Source: Candidatus Lindowbacteria bacterium RIFCSPLOWO2_12_FULL_62_27 (GTDB lineage: Bacteria; Lindowbacteria; 2-12-FULL-62-27). From it: 42,745 nucleotides of DNA. Positions 18,259 to 26,920 of this stretch are shown piece by piece (the stretch's first letter is position 1; every line of letters starts with the position of its first letter). The notes under the pieces were generated by a model that was not told the origin of the DNA, made no database searches, and was given only the letters and a program-made list of their open reading frames with translations. Both the position numbers and the translations under genes were made by a program. Location: positions 1-42,745 of the forward strand of contig MFPR01000036.1 in assembly GCA_001784175.1 (NCBI GenBank), in the 5' to 3' direction.

Positions 18259-19589
18259 AGCGGTTGTTTCTCAATCGATCCATGCTGTTTTTCTGTATCG
18301 CCCTTCTGTACAGGCTCGGCATCTATTTCCTGGGCCCGCAGATCCAGGGCTTCACGCAGGACAGTTTCTACTACGTGCCGGTGGCCCGGGAGATCGCCGC
18401 CGGCCACGGGATTCAGTACGTCTGGAAATGGTCGGAGATCTATTCGTTCGGCTGGGGCGACCAGTGGGGTGGTCAGGACCCGGAGGAAATCCGGCTGGCG
18501 AAGGCCGGCCATCCGGCGTTCAAAATGGTGCCCGAAGGCGTGGCGTGCAAGCTCCTCTTGCAGGACCCCGGATACAGCTTCTTCCTCGCGTTCTGGCACA
18601 TCGTCGGACTCTCGCATCCGACGGCCATCGTTGTGATCCAGTGCCTCCTGGCCGCGCTCCTGGCGCCGGCCATCTACACTTACGTGCTGCGCCGCGCGCC
18701 GCCGTCCTGCGCCGCCGCCGCGGCCCTCCTCTATGCCCTCGACCCGATCGCGTCCTCCACGTGCTTTTTCATGCTGCGCGAGGTGTTCGTCATGCTGGTG
18801 GTGACGACGGCGGTGTTCGCGCTGGACATGACCCATCGCGCGGCGCCGCTCGTGAAGGGGTTTTTGCTGGGCTGGGGGACCGTGTCGTTCGCGCTTCTGG
18901 GACTGTGGTCCAACCTCCTGTGGGTCTGGGACCGATGGCTCTCGCCGCGCCGCAGGGCCGTGACGATCTCGGTCGTCCTCGTGGCGTGGGCGGTCTTCGG
19001 CGCGTGGGCCGCGCGGAACATCCTCCTGTCGGACGGCAACTACGCGTTCCGGCGGCACCAGACGGCGCTGCTCATGTATTTCACGGCGCTCTACGATTTC
19101 CCGGGCCTGCCGAACGTGTACGACGAGGATTTCAAGAAAGTGTGGGTGGAGGCGAGCGCGAAAGCCGAATACGGATTCACCGTCGAGCAGCGCCGGATGG
19201 AGGCGTCGTTCGTCCGGATGACGTGGGAGGTGTTCAAAGCCGACCCGCCGAAGGTCGCGTGGCGGTTCGTGAAATGCAATTTCTGGTTCTGGCACGAAGT
19301 GCCGGGCGCGATGGAGATTTTGAAGAACAAACCGGTGATTCATATCGTCCTTCGAACGTTCCATGACGCGCAGGTGATCTTCTTTCTTCTGGGCATCGCG
19401 ATCCTGATCCGGACCGGCACGGCATCCTCGTTCCGGTTCGTGTGGGGCACCGTCGCCTATGTGGCCATTTTCATTTTTCCGTTCATGCCGATCCCGCGGT
19501 ACTACACGCCGTTTTTGCCTTTGATCGACATCGTGGCCGCCTACGGGGCGGTCCAGGTGTGTCAGAGAGTGTTCAGTGGTAAAAGGTAA
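18255..19589 (+). CDS. Polytopic membrane protein, GT-C (ArnT/PMT-like) glycosyltransferase candidate
   Basis: GTGA overlap with the SGNH stop; DSFYY after TM1, PGYSFFLA, WAARN, PRYYTP; many hydrophobic segments. Confidence 0.65.
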   Translation: MKRLFLNRSMLFFCIALLYRLGIYFLGPQIQGFTQDSFYYVPVAREIAAGHGIQYVWKWSEIYSFGWGDQWGGQDPEEIRLAKAGHPAFKMVPEGVACKLLLQDPGYSFFLAFWHIVGLSHPTAIVVIQCLLAALLAPAIYTYVLRRAPPSCAAAAALLYALDPIASSTCFFMLREVFVMLVVTTAVFALDMTHRAAPLVKGFLLGWGTVSFALLGLWSNLLWVWDRWLSPRRRAVTISVVLVAWAVFGAWAARNILLSDGNYAFRRHQTALLMYFTALYDFPGLPNVYDEDFKKVWVEASAKAEYGFTVEQRRMEASFVRMTWEVFKADPPKVAWRFVKCNFWFWHEVPGAMEILKNKPVIHIVLRTFHDAQVIFFLLGIAILIRTGTASSFRFVWGTVAYVAIFIFPFMPIPRYYTPFLPLIDIVAAYGAVQVCQRVFSGKR

Positions 19590-19631
19590 AGTTAAGCGGC
19601 GGGTTTGAATGCCCTAAAAGTAATGGGTTGT

Positions 19632-19706
19632 GTCAGGGGTCAGGGTGGTCAGGGTAGGTCAGGGTGGTCAGGGTAGGTCAGGGAGGTCAGGGGTCAGGGT
19701 GTCAGG
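19632..19706 (+). repeat. Tandem GTCAGGG array (8 full units plus GTCAGG) with 0-3 nt linkers
   Basis: Units start at 19632, 19639, 19648, 19658, 19667, 19677, 19686, 19693 and 19701. Confidence 0.95.
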
Positions 19707-20756
19707 TTGACACATTTACACATTTGTTCCAGACTTGGTCGGTTGAATCTTGGCTTTGATGGATCGCACATTATTCAAAACCCATTTCAGTTTCAGACGG
19801 TCCGAGCGGATGCGACGAATGGCCATACTGACAACCGTGTGCCTCGAAAGTTTTCGGCGGCGACGGATTCCTTCGTAGGTCATTTGTGACAGTTCCCTGT
19901 AACACCACCAGCGGAAATGTTCCTTGATCCGCTCTCCGTCCCTCCACGTCCTTCCGCCGGCCCACCCGGAAATATTTCCGGCTGCTATCCACCTGTCTAT
20001 ATCGTCGGCGTCATACAGCTCCGGCCGCCAGTCCAATCGCCGCGCCTCCTGCGGAGGTCTTCGTTCCGATTTCCTGCGGTTCACCCGTCTCAATATCTCG
20101 CGCCTGGAGTCGACTCCCATTAGAAATTGACTGCCATCCGCGCACACGGTCGCCCGGTTCCCTTCCACATCCAACCCGTTCAGCCAATCCACAAATCCCG
20201 CGCGGGACCTCCCCAAATCCGGATATTCCGCAAGCAATGTCTTGATATCCAGGAGCGACCTTTTCCGTACTTTGATGCGTGCAGACAGCGAACTCCACTT
20301 GTAGTCATCACACCACTTCACCATACCCGCCCTGACGGGATTCAACAAAACGTAGGCAATCACCGCGTAAAAATAGTCTTCCCCGTCAATCAGTTTCGAC
20401 CGATGGCGTCCCTGAAATAAATGCCCCACCCTATTCAAACGCCGGTTCATTTCCCTGGCAAAATTGGTTGAATACTTCTGAAGAAATGTCGATAGATTCG
20501 CACGACGGGTATGAACAACCGCATGAAAATGATTGGGCATACAACAGAACACCAGAATGCGGACACCCAGCCTGTCCGCAGCATCCGAGAGGTGATGCAG
20601 AAATAATTCGACATCGGCATCGCGCCGGAAAAACTTCTGCCCCCCAACGAACCGGTTCATCACATGATATATCCCGTCGGTTACCTCAATTCGGCGCGGC
20701 CTGACCATGAGATTTCATAATATCAGTATTTGTGTAAATGTGTCAACCTGACACCC
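19697..20756. mobile_element. RAYT/Y1-HUH element bounded by perfect 26-bp inverted repeats
   Basis: GGGTGTCAGGTTGACACATTTACACA at 19697-19722 and its exact reverse complement at 20731-20756 flank the transposase; the interior looks less GC-rich than the flanks. Confidence 0.8.
19716..20708 (-). CDS. REP-associated tyrosine transposase-like (Y1_Tnp) with a C-terminal DnaA-C-like HTH
   Basis: YHVMNR, MPNHFH (HUH), HLFQGR, YVLLNPVRAG (catalytic Tyr), YKWSS. Confidence 0.9.
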   Translation of the reverse strand: MVRPRRIEVTDGIYHVMNRFVGGQKFFRRDADVELFLHHLSDAADRLGVRILVFCCMPNHFHAVVHTRRANLSTFLQKYSTNFAREMNRRLNRVGHLFQGRHRSKLIDGEDYFYAVIAYVLLNPVRAGMVKWCDDYKWSSLSARIKVRKRSLLDIKTLLAEYPDLGRSRAGFVDWLNGLDVEGNRATVCADGSQFLMGVDSRREILRRVNRRKSERRPPQEARRLDWRPELYDADDIDRWIAAGNISGWAGGRTWRDGERIKEHFRWWCYRELSQMTYEGIRRRRKLSRHTVVSMAIRRIRSDRLKLKWVLNNVRSIKAKIQPTKSGTNV

Positions 20757-20893
20757 GGACACCCCGACCGGGATTGGTCTTGCAACCGGAAACCAAGACC
20801 GGCCTTATATGCGCTTTCGGGTCCAAACCTCAACAAGTAAACGGGTCGAGAGCAGTACCGCTTCCGGGTTCGGAAAAAATCGGCGTGGGCCTC

Positions 20894-20931
20894 TTGACAA
20901 TATGCCAGTACTGGCATATAATCACTGGCAT
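20894..20931 (+). promoter_or_regulatory. Consensus sigma70 promoter with an embedded 20-bp palindromic operator
   Basis: TTGACA (20894-20899), 17 bp, TATAAT (20917-20922); perfect palindrome ATATGCCAGTACTGGCATAT (20900-20919); extra half-site ACTGGCAT (20924-20931). Confidence 0.9.
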
Positions 20932-21442
20932 GAAACGAGAGCCGCGCGTTGCCACGAAGCGATTGTCTGTTGCCGATCTGCAGGTTCGTACCGGGCTCCG
21001 GCGGCGCACCATTCGGTTTTACATCGAGCGAGGGCTTGTTCCACACGCCGAAGGATCGGGGCGCGGGGGGTATTACACGGAACAGCATGCGTTGGTCCTG
21101 CGGCGCGCTCAGAAACTTCTCGATGACGGCCTCACCATCGAATTGGCCCGGCAGGTTCTTCAAGGACAGTTGAGCCTCCGCGAAGCGCGCCGGCGGATGC
21201 CGCCGCAGGCCGCGGGGCTTCTACACGAGACCGGCCGGTTCGGCATGCCGCCTCTATTTCGGACTGAGGCCGTCGATGCGTCGGCTGGAACGACCGGAGT
21301 TCAGAGAGTCGATGTGTGGAACCTTGCGCCCGGCATTGCCCTTACGGTCCAGTCCGGCCGGAGTCTCACCGTTGGGGGCCGGAACAAGATATGCGGTGCG
21401 GCGCGCGCGTGTCTCGCACCCTACATTTCAAAAATCCCATGA
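20930..21442 (+). CDS. MerR-type HTH transcriptional regulator
   Basis: LSVADLQVRTGLRRRTIRFYIERGLVP...GRGGYYTEQH; ATG 20930 lies 7 nt after the -10, with no RBS. Confidence 0.85.
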   Translation: MKREPRVATKRLSVADLQVRTGLRRRTIRFYIERGLVPHAEGSGRGGYYTEQHALVLRRAQKLLDDGLTIELARQVLQGQLSLREARRRMPPQAAGLLHETGRFGMPPLFRTEAVDASAGTTGVQRVDVWNLAPGIALTVQSGRSLTVGGRNKICGAARACLAPYISKIP

Positions 21443-21465
21443 GGACAAAAAAAAGGAGTGGACAA

Positions 21466-23952
21466 ATGCCTGCCGCAACCGCCCATGCGCCCGACGCGGG
21501 ACTCATTCTCATCAAGGGGGAGGGTCTCCCCGCCAAACGCAAAAACTCCCCGGTTCCCCTGCTTGGGGTATCGATGGAATCCGAAGTTCTCGAATCCGGA
21601 GTTCGAACGACGGTCCGGCAGCGATACCGCAATGCCGAGACCGTTGCGATCGAAACCATGTACAAGTTCCCTCTGCCGCCGGATGCCGCCGTGTGCGGGT
21701 TCGAGGTGATGCTGGGCGGCAGGATCGTGCGCGGCGAAGTCGAGGAACGCGAGAAGGCCTTCGAGCGCTACGACGACGCGATGGCCGCCGGAGATTTTAC
21801 GGCGCTGGTGGACCAGGAAAGGCCGAATGTCTTCACGGCGTCCGTCGGCAATTTGTTGCCGGGCGAAGAGACCGTGGTGATCCTGCGGTATGTCACGCCG
21901 GTTCGGTGGGAAGATGAGCGAATCCGCGTGCAGATTCCCACCTGCGTCACGCCGCGGTACATTCCGAAGGACGAAGACCGGGACGGCTTCGAGGCCGGCC
22001 GCGTCACGCCGGAGTACGAGGACGAAGTCCCTTTCGGATTGAACCTTAAAATCACCGCCACCCTCGCTTCGAAAATCATCAGCGCCGAGTCGCCGTCCCA
22101 CGAGTTCGACGTGAAGACGCAGGGCTGCTCGCTTACGGCGACACTGCGTCAGGACAAGAATGGCCGCGAGGCCGCGCTCGACCGCGACGTCGTCCTGCTC
22201 ATCGCCGTGGCAAATCCTCACGAACCCGCGGCCTTCGTCGGAGCGACGCCCCGGAAAGACGCGGTTGTCACCGTCCGATTCATGCCCGAGTTCGACCCGA
22301 GCGACTATGAGGGTTCCGACATCCTCTTCGTGCTCGACCGATCCGGATCCATGTCAGGGGACTCGATCCGGCAGGCGCGGAATGCTCTTGAAATCTGCAT
22401 CCGGACTCTTCACGAGAAGGATCGGTTCAACATCCTGCGATTCGACGATGGCTTTTCCGTCCGGCGGGATACGGAAGCGTCTGATGTTCTCTTCCCGGGC
22501 GGCTTGAGGCCCTATGACCAGTCTGCGTTGGATGAAGCCGTACGGTGGATCCGCGCCACTCAATCAAGCGGAGGCACCGAGATCATGCCCCCTCTGAAGT
22601 ACGCGGTGGAGCAGGCGCGCACGGCCGGCACGGGTGGCCGCAAGACGCAGATGGTTCTTCTGACCGACGCCGAAGTCTCGAACGACCGTGAAGTCGTGAA
22701 GTTCCTGGAGGAGAACTCTGATGTGGTCCGCGTTTTCGCATTCGGGATTGGCGCGGCCTGCAACTCGTTTCTGATCGAGGCCGCCGCCAAGGCCACCGAC
22801 GGAATGGCCGAATATATCTACCCGGGCGAAAAAATTGAGCCGAAGGTTCTCCGGCAATTCAGCCGGATCGGAACGCCGGGCATGAAGGACGTTCACATCG
22901 AATGGGGCGCGAAGGCCGCGGACCAGGCGCCCGGCCGGGTTCCACCCGTCTTCGACAGCGATCCGCTTGTGGTGTCGGCCCGCGTTCCGGCCGGCCACCG
23001 GCTTCCCCGGCATGTCACCCTTTCCGCGCGCATAGGTCAAGAAAAAGTCACGTGGACGGTCGCGTTGTCTCAGCCGCAGGATGCCGGCGATCTTCCCGCC
23101 GTCCTCTGGGTCCGCGCGCGGCTGCGGGAACTCGAAGGACATAGCACCCTGGGATCGGCGCAAACCGGACGCGGAGCGAAGACGCGGCACAACCGCCTGG
23201 TCAAACTTTCCAAGGAGTACGGTGTGCTGTGCAGTGCGACGAGCATGGTGGCAGTTGAGGTCCGGCCGGAGGGAGAGAAGGCGGCGGGTCAGGCGGAACT
23301 GAGAAAGGTGCCCGTCGCGATCGCCGCCGGTTGGCATGGCCGCGGTTCGGTGATGAAGCGTGCCGGGATTGTCGCCGCGGCAAGTATGGTCAGCCTCCCC
23401 TCCCCCATGGCACGAATGAATATCGCCGGATATCCATCCTCCCGCGCGCTCCGCGCAAGGGCGTCCGACGTGGACACGGATGACGCATGCCTCGTCATGG
23501 GCAGCGCCGAGTACACAGAGGCGAGCATGCCTGACGCGGACACGGAATCCATCGAGATACCACCCGCCGGAGCCGCCACTGTCCGAGATTTCATGCTGGC
23601 TCTCGCGATGACTCAGCAAGCTGACGGCTCATTCCCGCTCGGGCCAATCCTCGCTGAGGCCCTCGGCGGCGCCGATCTGAATGAACTCGCCGCGCGATCC
23701 AGCGCCCTCACGTTCAAGCCGGGCCGCGAGCACGATGGCGCCGACCTCGCGGCTCTTCTTTCCACGGCCATCGCCGTGCAAGTTCTTCGGGAGGACGCAA
23801 GCGGCACCTGGCGGCGCAATATCGACAAGGCGGAGCGATGGCTGGGCAAGTTCGGCTGGGCCAGCGATCTACTCCTGGACGGCGCTCCCCTTCGCGAAGC
23901 CGCGGTCGGCATCCTGCGAACTATTCGGCGTGCGCCGCACGGTCAGGCGTAG
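21466..23952 (+). CDS. VIT (vault protein inter-alpha-trypsin) plus vWA domain protein
   Basis: VIT: QRYRN...YKFPLP...AVCGF...FTASVGNLLPG. vWA MIDAS: LDRSGSM, GGTEI, LLTDAE, FAFGIG. AAGGAG RBS before ATG 21466 (21439 possible). Confidence 0.88.
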   Translation: MPAATAHAPDAGLILIKGEGLPAKRKNSPVPLLGVSMESEVLESGVRTTVRQRYRNAETVAIETMYKFPLPPDAAVCGFEVMLGGRIVRGEVEEREKAFERYDDAMAAGDFTALVDQERPNVFTASVGNLLPGEETVVILRYVTPVRWEDERIRVQIPTCVTPRYIPKDEDRDGFEAGRVTPEYEDEVPFGLNLKITATLASKIISAESPSHEFDVKTQGCSLTATLRQDKNGREAALDRDVVLLIAVANPHEPAAFVGATPRKDAVVTVRFMPEFDPSDYEGSDILFVLDRSGSMSGDSIRQARNALEICIRTLHEKDRFNILRFDDGFSVRRDTEASDVLFPGGLRPYDQSALDEAVRWIRATQSSGGTEIMPPLKYAVEQARTAGTGGRKTQMVLLTDAEVSNDREVVKFLEENSDVVRVFAFGIGAACNSFLIEAAAKATDGMAEYIYPGEKIEPKVLRQFSRIGTPGMKDVHIEWGAKAADQAPGRVPPVFDSDPLVVSARVPAGHRLPRHVTLSARIGQEKVTWTVALSQPQDAGDLPAVLWVRARLRELEGHSTLGSAQTGRGAKTRHNRLVKLSKEYGVLCSATSMVAVEVRPEGEKAAGQAELRKVPVAIAAGWHGRGSVMKRAGIVAAASMVSLPSPMARMNIAGYPSSRALRARASDVDTDDACLVMGSAEYTEASMPDADTESIEIPPAGAATVRDFMLALAMTQQADGSFPLGPILAEALGGADLNELAARSSALTFKPGREHDGADLAALLSTAIAVQVLREDASGTWRRNIDKAERWLGKFGWASDLLLDGAPLREAAVGILRTIRRAPHGQA

Positions 23953-23985
23953 GTTTGCGGGCGGTCCAGCTGTATCGGAGACTGT

Positions 23986-25476
23986 TTAGTTCGGTAGGGC
24001 GGTCGCCGGAACGGCCGGCGCCGGGCGCAGCGCGTTCGTGACTTTTTGTCGGATGAATTTCCTCGCGTACCGTGCCGCGCGCCTGGGGTCCTTGAGGGCG
24101 CGGCCGATGTTGGCGCGGGAGAAGAAATCCTTGAAGCGCAGCCGCCGGGCGTTTATCTCCGCGCGTTTTTCCTCGTAGATCGCCTGCCGCCGCCGGATTT
24201 CCCGGGCGCAGTCTTCGAAGATTTCGCGGAAGATCCGCCGCGGCACGCGGTCGGTCATGAGGACGTAGCCTTCGTCGTTTTCCGGGAACCAGGAGTCGGT
24301 CCGGAGCGTCAGGTCTTCCCAGCGTTCCATGTGATTGACGACGAGTCCCTTTTTTAGGCCGATTTCCCAGAAGGGCGTCCCGGGCAGCGGCGTGCAAACC
24401 GCGATGCCGCCCTTGTCGTAGTTGGCGGTCTTGATGAAATGCAGCGTCTCCATCATCTGTTGTTCCGTCTCGTCGGGCAGGCCGAGCATGAAGGAGCCGT
24501 GGGCCTGGATGCCGTATTTGTTGCAGAGTTCAATTGCCTTGTAGTTGGTCGCGAGGCCCGTCCATTTGCCTTTCAGCCACTGGATCAGCTCGTTGTTGCC
24601 GGACTCGAATCCGAACGAGATGCCGTCCATGTTCATTTTCTTGAGCGCGCCGCAGATCGGCTCGATGATCATGTTCGCCGTCGAGTCGGCCCAGAACGAC
24701 ACCCGCTGCGGGATGCCGGCGCCGGCCAGCAGGTCGGCGATGACGTTCATCCGCTCCTTTTTGGCGGCGAAGAGGTCGTCGAAAATCAAAATGCTTTTCG
24801 TGGACGGGTCGATCTCGAGGATCGACTGGACCTCCGACAGGACCCGCTCGGGCGTGAAGAACCGGATCGTCTCCCAGAACGCCGCCGACGAGCAGAACTT
24901 GCAGCGGTAGGAACAGCCGCGCGCCGTGAACATGAGCTGCGGCCCCGGCGGAAAGAGGTCGCGGGCCGGAAAGGGGATTTCGTCGAGGTTCTCGATGGAC
25001 GGCCTCGGCGCCGTCACCTTGACGCGCCCCTCGGCGCGATCCCAGTAGCTGATGCCGAGGATCTTCTGGAGACTCGCCGGCTTGAACGCGCCGTCCTCCC
25101 GCCAGGCCTTGACGACCTCGTAAAATCCGAGTTCGCCTTCGCGCAGGACCGCGACGTCCGCGCCGGAGGGCAGATTGTCCGGGATGCAGGAGATGTGCTC
25201 TCCGCCGACCACGATCGGGATCCCCAGCTTCTCTTTGACCTCCTTCGCAATGTTCCGCGCCATGTCGAAATTCTGGGTCACGCTGGTGATGGCCAGCATA
25301 TCCGGCTTGACGGCCAGAACGTCCTTCGCCTCCCACTGGTTGCGCACCACAAACTCGACGTCGGGCATGCGCTGCCGTAGGTACGCGGCGCAATACGCGA
25401 CCCCGAGCGGCGGATACCCGGTTTCGTAGGAGAGATTTTTTGAAGGCTTCACAGCTTGCAGTATGTAGATTTTCAT
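23986..25476 (-). CDS. B12-binding (class B) radical SAM protein
   Basis: PPLGVAY, VVGGEH, REGE, FPARDL, RGCSYRCKFC (CxxxCxxC), GFESG, FMLGLP, PLPGT. Confidence 0.92.
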   Translation of the reverse strand: MKIYILQAVKPSKNLSYETGYPPLGVAYCAAYLRQRMPDVEFVVRNQWEAKDVLAVKPDMLAITSVTQNFDMARNIAKEVKEKLGIPIVVGGEHISCIPDNLPSGADVAVLREGELGFYEVVKAWREDGAFKPASLQKILGISYWDRAEGRVKVTAPRPSIENLDEIPFPARDLFPPGPQLMFTARGCSYRCKFCSSAAFWETIRFFTPERVLSEVQSILEIDPSTKSILIFDDLFAAKKERMNVIADLLAGAGIPQRVSFWADSTANMIIEPICGALKKMNMDGISFGFESGNNELIQWLKGKWTGLATNYKAIELCNKYGIQAHGSFMLGLPDETEQQMMETLHFIKTANYDKGGIAVCTPLPGTPFWEIGLKKGLVVNHMERWEDLTLRTDSWFPENDEGYVLMTDRVPRRIFREIFEDCAREIRRRQAIYEEKRAEINARRLRFKDFFSRANIGRALKDPRRAARYARKFIRQKVTNALRPAPAVPATALPN

Positions 25477-25503
25477 CCCATCCGTCCTTTTGGCTTTGGT
25501 CTA

Positions 25504-25532
25504 ATTATGTCAGCGGGGTGGATCGAAGTCAA
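25504..25532 (-). promoter_or_regulatory. Putative promoter of the radical SAM gene
   Basis: Minus strand TTGACT, 17 bp, CATAAT with an extended -10 TG, in the gap after pelG. Confidence 0.5.
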
Positions 25533-25545
25533 GAAAGCCGCAGGG

Positions 25546-26919
25546 CTATCCTGAAATCGGCTGGTTCATGAAGGTGAGGTATTCGAGCCGGTTGAGATTG
25601 CGGTCGAGGAAGAAATAGGCGACCGGGACGGAGACGAGGCATGCGGTGAAATATCCGTAGCCGTAGTTGGCGAATCCGAGGTTCAGCGACACCAGGGTGA
25701 AGGCGGCATTGGTGCACAGGAAGACCACCGTCGAGATCAGGGCCTCCTTGCGAAAATCAAAATAGAGCAGGACGACGAGCAGGATCAGGAAGATCGTCTG
25801 GAGGTACGCGGCGATGAAGCCGATGCGCATGATGCCGTACTGCTGGTAGCTGAAATGAAGCGCCTCGATCACAAACGGCGTCAGGACCAGCATGCAGAGC
25901 GTGATCGCGCCTTGAACCTTGATGAGCTGCCCGAGTCCCTCCCGGATGCTGCTGACGAGCCTGTCGCGTTCCCGCAGGATCTTCGACCGGTTCGCCTTGT
26001 GGATGATGGTCGCGTAATAGGTCTTGTACTGCTCGTAGAAGTCCGTTTCGATGCGGATCAAAAAGAGCGCGAAGGCCGGGATGGTGGCGAGGTAGGCCAT
26101 GAAAATGGAATTATCGTAGAGCCGGTTGGCGTAGAGCGGGCCGGTGATCTGATATCCCGACTCGCTGAGCCAGAAGATGAACTTGTCGATCCAGACGCCG
26201 AGGTTGTAGAAAAACCCGATCAGCAGGTGCGGCAGGTAGGGCCCGAAGGCCGCGAACATGTCGCGGTCGATGTAGCGGTCGGACGGAAACTCGACCATGA
26301 GGCGAAGGATCAGCCAGAAGAGGATGATGAGCTGCCCGGCCGTGAACCCGCCCAGGACGCCGATGAGACCCTGGGTCGGCGCCAGATACCACGCGCCGAG
26401 GACGCTGAAACCGGTGCCGACCAGAAACGCCGTGACAATCGCCCGGTAGTCCTTGGCCGCGCTCAGAAAAATCATGCATATCCACATGCTGCAGATGCAC
26501 AGATACAGCAGGAAGGCGATCAGGCAGTAGAGAAACGGCAGATCGCAGTGATACAAAAACGCCGCCGCGACCGGCGCCTGCGTGGCGAGCGTCACGACCC
26601 ACGTCGTGTTGAAAATCGGCAGGACCATGTGCGCCTCGTCGCGGTAGAGGCGGTCCGCGAGGTACCGCGTGACGACCATCTGCAAAATGCCGGTCATGAT
26701 GATCGAAAAGGCGTAGACGTAGTTGATGGTGGCGCCCATGATGTCGGCTTCGTGGTCGCTCAAAAAAACGCGGACGGTCCGGCCGATGACCGAGATGGCG
26801 ATGACGGTCATGAGCCACGGCCCGGAACTGATGATGGCCGCGTAGACGTAGGCCTTGATGTGGCTGGTGTAGGTATCCTCGGAGAGGATTTTGCGAAGTT
26901 CAAACCCGATGCCGGCCAT
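25546..26919 (-). CDS. pelG: Pel exopolysaccharide transporter PelG
   Basis: Diagnostic N-terminus MAGIGFELRK, SSGPW, TRYLAD, FLSAAKDY, WIDKF, ETDFY; many TM segments. Confidence 0.93.
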   Translation of the reverse strand: MAGIGFELRKILSEDTYTSHIKAYVYAAIISSGPWLMTVIAISVIGRTVRVFLSDHEADIMGATINYVYAFSIIMTGILQMVVTRYLADRLYRDEAHMVLPIFNTTWVVTLATQAPVAAAFLYHCDLPFLYCLIAFLLYLCICSMWICMIFLSAAKDYRAIVTAFLVGTGFSVLGAWYLAPTQGLIGVLGGFTAGQLIILFWLILRLMVEFPSDRYIDRDMFAAFGPYLPHLLIGFFYNLGVWIDKFIFWLSESGYQITGPLYANRLYDNSIFMAYLATIPAFALFLIRIETDFYEQYKTYYATIIHKANRSKILRERDRLVSSIREGLGQLIKVQGAITLCMLVLTPFVIEALHFSYQQYGIMRIGFIAAYLQTIFLILLVVLLYFDFRKEALISTVVFLCTNAAFTLVSLNLGFANYGYGYFTACLVSVPVAYFFLDRNLNRLEYLTFMNQPISG

Positions 26920-26920
26920 G

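Noticed and set aside
19632..19722. Possible CRISPR array
   Set aside because: 7-bp units with 0-3 nt linkers, no unique spacers and no cas genes.
20738..20929. N-terminal extension of the MerR-like ORF
   Set aside because: Runs through the transposon IR and the consensus promoter; ATG 20930 fits the domain start.
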